In this document: positions 12,382 through 24,488 of the stretch, one piece after another | Position numbering within the stretch: the stretch's first letter is position 1 | Layout: every line of letters starts with the position of its first letter | NCBI GenBank assembly: GCA_010909165.1 | Contig: MU008204.1 | Location: forward strand, 327,810-391,809 | Direction: 5' to 3' | DNA: 64,000 nucleotides | Source of the DNA: Anthoceros angustus | Taxonomy: Eukaryota > Plantae > Anthocerotophyta | Notes under the pieces: model-generated | The model's database searches: none | What the model was told of the DNA's origin: nothing | What the model saw: only the letters and a program-made list of their open reading frames with translations | Program-made: the position numbers and the translations under genes

Positions 12382-13246
12382 TCTGTATGCAACTATGAAA
12401 GAAGTGAGATCACAGAAGTGTTTAGATTGTTAAAAGTCGATACACCATGAGCAACTTCTCGAACACGGGGCGATCTGCAAGCGGAGTTGATGCTCACAGA
12501 CGACTAGCCCAGCCTGCTGCACCTCGAGAGCAACAGAATTGCACGCTGGCATGAGGAGGTCGGCGGTCTGATCTCTGCATGCGCCTGATGGACAAAGTGC
12601 GGGTGAGTGTGAGCGACCCGTTTTCTCCAGTCCGCGGCAATCTCTTGCTTTTCCCGCCCACACATAAGCTAGATGGAAATACACATCTTCCCGCCAAAGC
12701 GAGAATGAATCTATACCATCAAGAAAGGGGAAGGTGGGGTCGCTGTGCCTTCATGAAGGAAGACACAGGGCAAGGCAGGCTCTGTAATCAAGCAACTCCT
12801 TAAATGCTTTGTCGCCGGCGACCGTGTTTTGCCATTGTCCTGGCTAATGTGGCAAATGCAATATTGAGCATATTCTAAGGTATATGCTAGTTATGCCACG
12901 GCTAAAATAGTGTTCATGGCATAACGATGGGCACCTAGAGTGATTCAAAGATCCAGACTAGCGTACATACCACCGCTTCCTACCAACCGCAAAGTGGGCA
13001 CCTCGACTTCATTGCCGGCATTTAGTGCGAAGGCTTATTTCGCAGCCCGAATTGTATCGAGTCTTGCGCATCCACTTCTCATCCACCTTGCGCATCCCTC
13101 CTCCTCCCTGGGCGTCACGCGCCCCTCCGTGTGAGAGCAATGGCCAGCAACGGCGGCGTGTTCGATTTTGCAAATTTCGGGCGGTCGATGCATGTCATTC
13201 GAACGGGTGGCCATGAGTCGGCGACTCAATTGTTGATCTCGGACGG

Positions 13247-16200
13247 ATGCACAACCCCGTCGTAGTTTTAGAGGATGATTCACGAGCTATGGCGGCGGCG
13301 TCGTGCATAGTCCTTGAAGAGACCGGTGGCAGACTTCACAACGGTGGAGAGCGATGGCGATGTGCGTGTTCCGGATATGGAGAGCGGAGGATATGGTTGC
13401 CGATGGGGACCTTTTTTCACGATCCGGAGTACGATGCAGGCGGAGAGGATCGCACAAGAAGAACTCGTGCAGACGTTTAACCGGATGTCCGGTGCTCGAC
13501 GCAGACGCCGCGACGCAGGGCCCGACCGTGTGCCACCACGAGGCGGCGCACCATCCATCCGGACTTCTTGGATCACCCGTGGCGGCGCGAAGATGTACCT
13601 CGGCGCATTTGGGCGAAACCGGATAACACCGGACGCCCGCCGGCGACAAGGTCCCTCCGGCGGATCGTGGGCGGGTCCAGAATACTATCGAGAATGTGCT
13701 ACACAGTGGGAACACCGGGCAAGACTCGATGTGGAGAGTGTTGCGAGTCTCCGGACTTTGGTGAGAAGATCCACATTGTTGATTTTGGGCTTGGCTTGGA
13801 AACAATATCGCCGCGGGTGATGGCGGAGTTGCACCGGGAGTCGTCCAAGAGCTAATGTGGTCCGTGGTCCCGGATCTTTGTTTGGTGATTGTGATGCCAT
13901 CCGCTTGGAGTTGCACGAGATGATGCCTCGCGCACATCCGCCAAAGGTGAGGATTTGCGTGCAACGAGCTGCAGCGTTGCCGTAAAGTACCTCCGGCGAG
14001 CTAGAATGGATTTGGTCTTAGAGAAGCATTGTTCAGGCCAAGTTGTGCGCCGATTTAAAGCGGCATTGTTGTGACAAAAAATGTTTAGAGCGTGTTGGCC
14101 ATTCCAAATTGAAGGTGATTCGTGTAGCATTCTTCCGCATGACAAAAGGAGAGCAGGAGCAGCATTTGCAAGACCATCGGATCGATCGAAGGCGAAGAGG
14201 AGTTGTTGCCCATAGTATGGATAAACCGGATTCCACATGGGAAGAAAGCAGTGTGTGTGAGGGCTTTCATCGGGTTTTGCATTGGGTCACTAAGATACAA
14301 GAATGCGCAAACCGGTAGTGAAAAATGTTAGATGGACCGTAGGCTACGGTCTCAGCAACGCCATATGGATTACACGTCATGTGGATGGACGTTTTCTTCA
14401 AAGGTATGCGGAAGACGCGAATCGGGAAGTCTTCAACTTGCCGACTCGTACGAAGAGGAGATCTTCATTGAGTATGCCAGCGTGAGCGGTCGGTGTGCTC
14501 CACGTTTATTCTGACTACTTTTGCAAGCTTTGGATGAAGTATTTCCGGGTTAAAATACCAGTTGCGGTTTTCGATCTGTGCTGCGATGACCTAAAGAGGA
14601 AAATAAAAGACGCAGGGTCGGACCACGTACAAGGTGAGATGGCGGTCCTTATTCCAGGCGGTCACCGGATGTCCGGCGCCGAACTTTGGCGCAACCCCAT
14701 TGCCTCATACCCTTTTCTTGCGAATGAAGGGCAGGGCTTGAAACAAACCGTGTGCACATTGCTGACGCCCTTATTGTTGCGTGTGCAGACAAGAATGTGG
14801 AGCTGCTCAGACTCCACAGGGAACAACAACAGAAGGAGCGCGCGAAAATGGCGCGGCACCGGCACAAGTGCTTCGGGCAGGCGGCTAAGTTCATTGGTAT
14901 TGCCATAGATGGTATGGACCAAAAAAAAACAGAGTTGCCCCATTACCGCAGATTGCCAAAGACGGTTGATTCCGGAGCCCTTGTCGGGCTTCATGTTCTA
15001 GGTGTGCTGGTGTTCAACTATTTGGTGCGCACCAGAGTGTATTTGAGTTTCCCGAATGTGAGAAATGATCCGAATGGGCTGGCCGTGATTGACATGTTAT
15101 CAATACAGGAGGCCGCTCCCCTATTCTATACTTGCGGATGGACAACATGCTCAAAACAAGAATCGGAGGTATTGGCATATCATCCATGCTTGTGGCGAAA
15201 GGTATCTTCAAAAATCAAGGTGGGGTTTCTTCTTGTTGGCCATACCCATCATTGACTCGGTTGTGCTAGGGTTGAAGGATGCTTTCACATTGCCGAAATG
15301 ATAGGGTTCTTTGGAGCGGGCGTACACCCCATCACCGCAGATTCACATCAAGGAGGTGCGGACTTCAAGACCTATCTATGGCCGAAGGGGATCTGCACGT
15401 ATGACTTGCATAATCACGATTTTCAACACCAGTTCAAAATAACAAGGAGAAGCTGCTATCGGAGAGGACGTGGGATGCTAAGATGCAAGGAGTTTTCAAG
15501 TTCGATCACGTCACCGGAGGGTGGTGTGCGCTATTACGTTCAGGTGCCACCACGGGTGATTGTGGCGGCTCCATTGTTGCCGTTGGTCCCATCACATGCC
15601 CAAGGTAAAGGAAAGGGACAAGCAAAGCGGAAGGATGATGTCGTGTCGATGGCGATAGTCTCCAAGCGATGGCGTAGTGGCGTGTAGTGGCGGAGTCCAT
15701 GAAGTAAAAGCGGGCCTAGAACGCGCACGACATATGAATGTGGAGCAACTATCATGGTGGGATACGTTGGGATGAGCAGTAGCAATAGCCGAGAGACTAG
15801 CGGTGGCATTCCATTCCGTTGGAGGAGAATGGTCTTGGTACACTCGCGATGAAGAAAAGCGAGGTACCACCAGACCCTCCAGACTCAACTTTGGTTGATC
15901 CCGCAATGGCGACGGATTTTTGGACATGGTGGAGGTGTACAGGGCACATCAGTGCGGAGGGAGGGCAAGGCGAGGCTCGGTCGAGGTTGTGTGAAGGAGA
16001 TTGAGGAGGGAATGATGGTTGCTGTCAAGGCGGGATGATCCAGAGGCGGACCATTCGGCTCGCAAAAGTGGTGGAGGTGGACCATGATCTGGGTCCCTTT
16101 CATGATAGTTCATTGGTGGCGGACGGAGAACAATGATGCATTCGAGGGAAGGTACATGGAGGAGTTTGTGATACGGCGCCCACGGTCGAGGTTGTGTGAA

Positions 16201-16815
16201 GGAGATTGAGGAGGGAATGATGGTTGCTGTCAAGCGGATGATCCAGGAGACCATTCGGCTCGCAAAAGTGGTGGAGGTGGACCATGATCTGGGTCCCTTT
16301 CATGATAGTTCATTGGTGGCGGACGAGAGAACAATGATGCATTCGAGGAAGGTACATGGAGGAGTTTGTGATACAGCGCCCACGGTCGAGGGAAAAAGTG
16401 CGCGATCAAAGAATGGAGGCGAGGGCGTCGGAGAAGCATTTGCAAAGCCTCAACTTCCGAGACAATGTGCTGGCCTATGATTTGTGACAAGGAACAAGGC
16501 GTTGCGAGGGCGACAATGAAGGCGATAAAGACCAAAGTCTTTGAGTTGCGTCGAGCCGGTGATGAACCGGCGAGACTTCCGCCGGTGACACGAATGTCAT
16601 GCCCCGAAGACATGATTGACTCGGAAGACCTCGACAATGTGGAATCAACGGATGAGTCCACGGGCGTGGTGGTGGACCGGTGGATGTGGACTCGGAGAGG
16701 AGCCGGACGAGGCAACCTAATATTGTCAACTTTCCAGTTCCTTGTACCAGGAATGTTATGTCCCCTCGGGCCTGAATGCAGTGGTTTGTTTTCGTCTTTT
16801 CGTGGAAAGGTTTAA
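13247..16815 (+). mobile_element. Sola-like (DUF7869-type) DDE transposase gene, frameshifted
   Basis: The N-terminal part reads CCDKKCL..IRVAFFRMTKGEQEQHL..VC. The catalytic region reads IGIAIDGMDQKKTELP (~14893-14940), ILYLRMDN (~15123-15146), NKNR and IKVGFLLVGHTH (~15214-15249). It continues HQFKI and ends with MVAVK..LAKVVEV..IVHWWRTENNDAFEGRY. Confidence 0.75.
15978..16391. repeat. Tandem duplication, ~200-bp unit, cggtcgagg microhomology (15978, 16183, 16383)
   Basis: Two near-identical copies with indels, inside the transposase 3' region. Confidence 0.92.
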
Positions 16816-18653
16816 CAGCTTGCCATCGGCATCATCTCTGTTTATAGGAAGTTGACGGTGTGATAATGTCCGGAGCACGTAAACGGCGACTATGTCAGAA
16901 ACCAGCAATCTGGTGCTCTAATTTTGTAACAATGTTCTGGTGGTTTTGTCCAGTTGAGAGTAGCAGGCTGCGAGGTTTCAATGGTGATCATGCAGGTCAT
17001 CTATGTTCTGCGTTGCAGTGTGGCGAAGTGTTCCCGGAGGATGGTCACGGCCGGGATGTCCGTGGCAAAGGTATGTAGCAGCAAGTGCGCCAATGTTTTT
17101 GGTTCTAGTTAGGGACCGCCTAATGACTATGGGGTGGAACGGACGGGGTCGATCTCGGCGGTGGCGATTCGGAACAGGGCGCACACAGCGTAAAGCGGTG
17201 AGTACACGACGGGCTCAAAAGCGGCGTCTTCCTCCACTGCTTCCACCGCCACAGAGGTTGTCTTCCACCTCCTTTGTGGTTTTGTGCACGCCGCGCTCAT
17301 CCCTCCTCTGGCGAGAGCCGTCCTCACGCCATGCTCCTCCACCTCCTTCCGACCTCGGCGGTGGTTTGCCCTTTGATTTGCCCCTCCTCCTTACGTCCCA
17401 TCCATCCAACCTTGCCTTCTAACTGTGTTTGCAGCCCTTACGGATGAGGACTCGCAGAGGTGGCTACGAGTCACCACCTCGTATCACAAGGGAGGATGTG
17501 GAGGCAAAGCGAGGCGGAGAAGGATGGAAGTTGCCCATCCAGGACTTGTGTGGAGGCCATTTGGGTCTCCACTGCAGCGTGGGCGGGGAAGACTATGGGG
17601 TGGCCATCTCCTTCCATGCGGAGGGTGGCGGTGGCATCGTAGATTTTCCGGATCTTTGCGGTAGGAAAAAGCCAAGGGGTGGAAGAGGACTATAGGATAG
17701 CGAAGGAGGGGTTCACGGAGGCGAAACAAAGGGTGCAGCAACTCCAGCCAGTCGAGAGGAAGGAGGGTGAAGGAAGAGCATGACTGTCCGGTCCGAATTG
17801 TTTAAAGCTTCCGTGACCTTGCTGCCGTGAGTCCATGTGACTTACGCGAATGAAGGTTGCTGCAGAGGAGGCCACGCCGGGAGCGGGGTGGTGGAAGTGA
17901 AGGAGGAGGCGTAAGCACTTACCTCTGTACCTTTTCGCTTGAGAGTTGAGCATGGTTGTCGCATGCACTAACGGGCTGTTCATTGTGGCGAGCAGTGATG
18001 GGGACACCCTTGGCAAAGCGGAGAACCTTGGAGATAGGAGCGTGAAGTGGGTTACCTAGGTTTTTTGCAAGCGATCAGACTAGAAGCGGGGGCGGGAGGA
18101 AGAGAAAGGGAGGAGAGGGGTTGGATGCGTAGCTTTCTCGTGGCTTCCGGGTCGAGTTGGGGCAGCAATCACATGATTTTGTGTATGTCTTTTCGGCACG
18201 TCTGATGTGCAAGCCATGGTCTGCCGCGAAGTGTGAAGCATTTACGGGGGTTTGAGTTTGGGGAACGCCTGATTCGGGAATGTTTTGTCCGTCACCGGAC
18301 AGCCGGTGGCTATGAGCCAACGGCCAATGTCACCTGGCATGGACTGGAGGGGCGGTTATATGTGAACTACACCATATCGGTTTTCCAATATTTTATTAGC
18401 GAGAAATGTATTCATCAGCATATACTTTGTACCTTGGGGATGTATATTTGAATAATATTATTCCATGTATTTTACATGGATAACACTAAGGCCCACAAAC
18501 AGGAGCCCGCTAGTGATGCATTCTCCAATTGTGTAACATGACGGTCTACACTTTTCCATATGCCGGTTTGTAAAGGTAGCTTTGGTCGTAATGTATCCCA
18601 AAAGTGACATTGAAATAAAGCCTAAATAAATGTTCTAGTCTGCACGCCATAAA

Positions 18654-21387
18654 ATTTATAAGGATCTCTACTTTTCTCCCGAATGCCTCTTTTGTTTAAC
18701 CATGAGACATCGAGGTGTGGAAATATTGCCAATAAATTTCAAGTTTTGATGAAGTGGAATGGGTTTGGGTGTACTGTGCTTGGTATTTTTAGCAGCCGTT
18801 TCCCACAAACCCTCAAAATCAACGTTTCGAGTTTTCTTAAGTGCAAATTTTGATAACATATTTGGCCCGTCTCCGGAAAGTGGAGTGTGTCACTAGCCCT
18901 AAGGAGACCTTGTTGTTTGGTGAAGACATGCAGGGAATTTTTTTGCTTCTTTTTGAGTGGGAGTTGTTTCAAGCAGGTGCCTCTTCGAAATCTGGGCCGG
19001 TAGTTAAGAGAGATGGTGGTGAGCTAGCGTCCGTGTGGGGACTATAAACAGGGGCAATACATGGGACACCATGGATTGTTGATGTCTTGTTCAAGGAGGA
19101 CAGCCATACAGATCCCAGGGTCCTCTCACCCTCTTGTAAGAGCTCTCAGCAGTGATGTGTAGGACGCTTGACCACATAAGAGGCTTAACAACATAAAATT
19201 TGAAGCGGCTGAATATACATCAAGCGGCTTTTGACGGGAATATACACGGATCGAGGTTTTCGATGGGCATTGAAATGCCATATTTAAGCATACCCTGCAT
19301 AAGAAGGCACACAATTAGGTTGTCGTAGAGAATTTGATATCTTTTAGCAGCCCACAGTGGTAGACGAAGGGTTTGACCTACAGATAGACCATTGTTTTCA
19401 ATGGAAATGATGCCCATGTCGTTAGTGCATGCCATTCATTAAACAACAGTAAATGAACATGGGCGACCATCTCTGCAGCAGCATCGAAGGGAATGCATAC
19501 GGCTATTTCTATATTCATGCTATACATCCAATCCAGACACGGTCGACGTCGTTGTGCACAACAGCCGAGGGTGTGAAGGCTCTAAAAACACCGTAAGTGA
19601 CACACCTAGGCGTCGGCATGTCGGCGCCCAAGTCATGCCCAAAGGCTACGTGCCTTGGGCACCGGCATGCCGGCGCCCAAGATTCATGGCCTTTGGCAAT
19701 GACTGTTGGATGTCGGACAGACACCCTCTTTCTGCTGAGAAACTACCTGAACCGTAACGGCTTCTCGGGACTTCTCAACGTCGGACAGACACCCTAGGCT
19801 AATGGCTAAGAAACCACCTGAACCGTGAGAATTTTATTTAAGTCCACTAAGGACGGATTTCCGTCATGGGACTTGGTACTTAACAAACTTGTACCATGGT
19901 GTGCCTAAGCTACTTGCACCAAGGGCATCCACTCCCTTTAGGAACCCCATCTAAGTACCAATCTAAGCTCAAGATGCTTAATCACGGCATTCTTATAAAT
20001 GTGTGTCCATTTGGCCTAAGCCATTTGGACACACATTTATAAGGATCTCTACTTTTTCTCCCGAATGCCTCTTTGTTTAACCATGAGACATCGAGGTGTG
20101 GAAATATTGCCAATAAATTTCAAGTTTTGATGAAGTGGAATGGGTTTGGGTGTCTTGTGCATGGTATTTTTAGCGGCCGTTTCCCACAAACCCTCAAAAT
20201 CAACGTTGAGTTTTCTTAAGTGCAAATTTGATAACATATTTGGCCCGTCTCGGAAAGTGGAGTGTGTCACTAGCCCTAAGGAGACCTTGTTGTTTAATTG
20301 AAGACATGCGAGAATTTTTGCTTCTTTTGAGTGGGAGTTGTTTCAGCGGTGCCTCTTGAAATCTGGGCAGTAGTTAAGAGAGATGGTGGTGAGCTAAGCG
20401 TCAGGTGTGGGGACTATAAGCAGGGGCAATACATGGGACACCATGGATTGTTGATGTCTTATTCAAGGAGGACAGCCATACGGATCGAGGTCCTCTCACC
20501 CTCTTGTAAGAGCTCTCGGCGATGATGTGGGGCAGCTTGACCACATAAGAGCTTAACAACATAAAATTTGAAGCGGTTGAATATACATCAAGCGGCTTTT
20601 GGCCAGGGAATATACGGATCGAGGTTTTCGATGGGCATTGAAATGCCATATTTAAGCATACCACAGAAGGCACACAATTAGGTTGTCGTAGAATTTGATA
20701 TCTTTTAGCAGCCCACGGTGGTGAGCGAAGGGTTTGACCTACAGATAGACCATTGTTTTCAATGGAAATGATGCCCATGTCGTTAGTGCATGCCATTCAT
20801 TAAACAACGATGAAATGAACATGGGCGACCATCTACTGCGGACATCGAAGGGAATGCATACGGCTATTTCTATATTCATGCTATACATCCAATCCAGACA
20901 CGGTCGACGTCGTTGTGCTGTGACCCGAGGTGTGAAGGCTCTAAAAACACCGTAAGTGACACACCTAGGCGTCGGCATGTCGGCGCCCAAGTCATGCCCA
21001 AAGGCTCGTGCCTTGGCGCATGCATCTTGGGCGCCCAAGATTCATGGCCTTTGGCAATGATGATGGATGTCGGATGACACCCTCTTCTGTGAGAAACTAC
21101 AGGCAACGTGACTGGGACTTCTCAGCGTCGGACGGACACCCTAGGCTAATGGCTAAGAAACCACTGAGGTGAGAATTTTATTTTAAGTCCACTAAGGGCC
21201 ATTTAGTCATGGGACTTGGTACTTAACAAACTTGTACCATGGTGTGCCTAAGCTACTTGCACCAAGGGCATCCACTCCCTTTAGGAACCCCATCTAAGTA
21301 CCAATCTAAGCTCAAGATGCTTAATCACGGCATTCTTATAAATGTGTGTCCATTTGGCCTAAGCCATTTGGACACACATTTATGAGG
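18654..21387. repeat. Tandem duplication, ~1.38-kb unit (18654-20034 / 20035-~21387)
   Basis: Both copies begin atttataaggatctctac; the second copy is richer in indels. Confidence 0.95.
19829..20029 (+). repeat. Inverted ~200-bp copy of 5734-5933 (again at ~21172-21372)
   Basis: gaattttatttaagtccactaaggacggatttccgtcatgggacttggtac..ccatttgga is the reverse complement of 5734-5933 with scattered mismatches. Confidence 0.93.
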
Positions 21388-21487
21388 GCGCCGGCATGCC
21401 AGCATCCTCATTTCAACATATACTTTGTGCCTCCTTTCGTTTGTATGTGGAAAATTAATAAGGTGGTAAGACTTGGGGGTTGGGAAC

Positions 21488-21680
21488 AAGAGGTCTTGGT
21501 CTTGGGTTCAAGTCTTCTTGTCTTGGTCTTGGGTTCAAGTCTTCTTGTCTTGGGTTCAAGTCTTCTTAAAAGGCACCACCCTTTAAGGGTAAACTTTTCC
21601 TATTATGTAGGGAATATGTAACATGGATTGAAAGGTAAACTTTTTCTATTGTGTAGGGAATATGTAACATGGATTGAAAT
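21488..21680. repeat. Short tandem repeats: gtcttgggttcaagtcttctt x3 and a ~47-bp direct repeat x2
   Basis: Directly visible. Confidence 0.85.
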
Positions 21681-23059
21681 GGGAGAGATTAAATTCCGAG
21701 GTTACTAGTTCGAGTCATGCTTCTTTGTTTTGGCCAATATAGTTTGTGTTGTAAAAGTGATAGATAATTGGTTTGGTTTAAAATTCCCTTATTTTAACAA
21801 TTCGTAGTCTTTAACTCAAAATCATAGAAATTATTTTCAAATTTCAACGGTTTTCTAAGCACGCTGTTTGAAATTACCCATGCCCTAATATTCATGATCC
21901 CAATTTACTTGAATCAGAACGGTGAAGAGAGACATGACACGGCCAAGTTTCTTCCCTCTTCTCGAGCTCAGTGTAGGCCGCGACTATCTTTCTACGGAGG
22001 TCATAGCAATTGAATACGTTTTTTGTGTGTTGGACACCTTCTTTGTGAGCGACCAATGCTGCGACGTGATCGGAAGTGTGAAAGGTGGTGTGTTTTTTCT
22101 CATTCTCTTGCGCAACCAAGCGATGCATGGCCTAATATATATGTAAGTCATAATGTGCATGGATGCACGACAAGTGGTTGTAAGCCCTAGTGTTAATGCG
22201 GACCTTGAACTGCACACCGGCCTCCTAAAACCTATTTGGGGCCGGCATGCCCGGCGTTCTATGGAGGGAGCATAAGAGCATAGGGTGCTAGCATATTGGT
22301 ACCTTCATCAGTATATATTATTTGCGTATCATAAAGTTTTGTTGTCTCCTAAAGTTGGTAAAGTGGTAAAAAACTTGGCTAAGAATCATAGGTCGCCAGT
22401 TCGAGATCCAAGTTGTAGTTTTTATACTAGTTAAGTTGAGTTTCTTTTAGGGCGTCGGCATGCCAGTGCCCACACACATGTGTCATGCACCATACCTGGA
22501 GACAAAATTTTGTTCAAACGGACCAAACTGCAACGAGGCAGTAACAAGACCCAAATGTGTAAACCGAGAACATTGAGAATCACAGGTTTTGGGACTATAC
22601 CCTGCTGACGAGAGCCGTACAAGAACAACTACGTGCGCCAAAGGGCTCAAAAGGGCAGCCCATGATTCGAGCAGAAGGCTGTGGGGAGGACTCAAATCGC
22701 TGATAAAGGAGCGATGCTTTTCGAGATAAGTCGATGGTGGATTCTGGTGAGTACTGAATTATACCTTTATTGTTTTATGCAGGCCGATCTATCCTAGAGT
22801 TGGCCAGTCTGGCGGACTGGAATCAGCTGACTTGTGGCAAAGGCTTTGGAGTGAAGTGATTGATAAGTTGAAATGGCTAGCACACTGGACTCAGGAAGGG
22901 CCTAACACTAATTTTGACGGAATGCCATACATAGTTTCTCGTAGAGGAAGGGATTGAAAGTGATGGTGTTTTTGCATTCTGGCTAGACAAACGAGAGCAC
23001 CCCAGTCCAGGAAGCTCGTAGTCCTGCTGCCCAGCTCCCTTCAGTCCATAGGATAGGCG

Positions 23060-24488
23060 GTCAGTTTGAGTGGAATCACACTCCCATTCGGTTTATTGAT
23101 TTTGAGGAAAATCGTGTTGGTGCAAGGATGGAGTATGAACCAGCTCCTAGCAAGAATGATGAACCGAATTCACACAGGAGATGGCGTTGAGAAAGATGAG
23201 CAGTTCTTGGCTGGTGAGGCTTTGACATGCTATCGTGATTGCAAGGAGAGAATCTTGAAGGATGCTCATGCGCTGTTACAAGCAAAGCGGGCAAGGAAGC
23301 TGCACCCAAAGTTGATAAGAAAGAGGCGGGCTCATCGGATTCAGCGCAATCTGAGTAGTTGAGCACCATCTCGTCAATCACCCACCTGAACTTCTCCTCA
23401 AAGTCAGCAAGTGACATACTACCATGCCTACCAGGCTATCACCTACCTGGTAGACGAGATGTTCGTCAAATTTGGTGAGATGTTCCCTGTGGCATCGATA
23501 GAAAAGATTCAAGAGCTATCAAAGTTTGTGATCAAGCCTAACGAGCCTTTGAGGTCTGCATACCTGAGATTGAGACAACTGGTGAAGGACAGACGATGAG
23601 AGAAGCAGCCCAGATCTACATCGTAGCTCTGCCAGGGAGGCAAAGGAGGGTGATTGCCAATTTCTTGCACATGCTGCATGGGGCAGATTATGAGCTAGAG
23701 CAACCCTATGAGATGGCTGAGAGGGTCATGAAAGGCGATGCTGTCACTAATGCATATTGGGAGGAACACAATGTGACTCTAGAGGACACCCAAATGCTTC
23801 AAGCTCACAGAAGCCTCAAGGGAGAGCTCCATACCGTGAGCATGCCTAGGTGAAAAGTCAGCGAAGAAATTCACCACAGAAGGAGCGAGTGGCCCCATAG
23901 TGCTATGACTACCAGAACACTAGTGGAATGCTTGCGGTGCAGGGGGCCGCACAAAGCATTTGAGTGTGAACAGCGGATCGGTGGGACGAAAGAGAAGGAA
24001 GTGTGCAAGGCCTATGGTAAGACAAGGCACACTGAAGCTGCCTGCTGGCAAGCTCATCCTTAGCTCAACCCCAAAGGTGTGGGTGAGCGGATGACTGACA
24101 AGCCGAAATCAGCTGCGAACTATACTCGGAAAGCGTTGTTCAATGAGGTGCAGAGGCTGCAAGAGCAGCTGGCGATGAGTGTGAGTGTAATAGGAAGCCC
24201 ACATGCTCCTGTAGATGAGTATGACTCGGATGAAGATGTGTATGCATTGATGGCTAGAAGGCCTGCTCATGTAAAGAAAGTGAGCATGGATTTGGGAGGG
24301 GGCGTCAAAGGGAAGCCGGTTGAGGATAGAAATCAACTCAAGATGCCCAAATCTTTCAGACATGTTCAAGATGAGGATGTTGGATTACATCAGGAGAAGG
24401 TGTCACCCAGTGCAAAAGTTCTGATGGAAAAAGCAATGGACATGCCTATGGTAAGTTTGCATGACCTTGGAGTCAGGGTGCAACCATT
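23060..24488 (+). mobile_element. Degenerate Ty3/Gypsy gag remnant with zinc knuckles
   Basis: Capsid-like IQELSKFVIKPNEPLRSAYLRLRQLV, then CLRCRGPHKAFEC and CKAYGKTRHTEAAC knuckles; stops present. Confidence 0.65.

Noticed and set aside
6862-18515. CACTAG..CTAGTG as termini of the MTase/transposase element
   Set aside because: Only 6 bp match, the flanking trinucleotides differ (ggt vs atg), and the transposase is not CACTA-type.
19608-22471. CRISPR-like reading of spaced palindromes and other short repeats
   Set aside because: Spacing is irregular, the context is eukaryotic and no cas genes are present.
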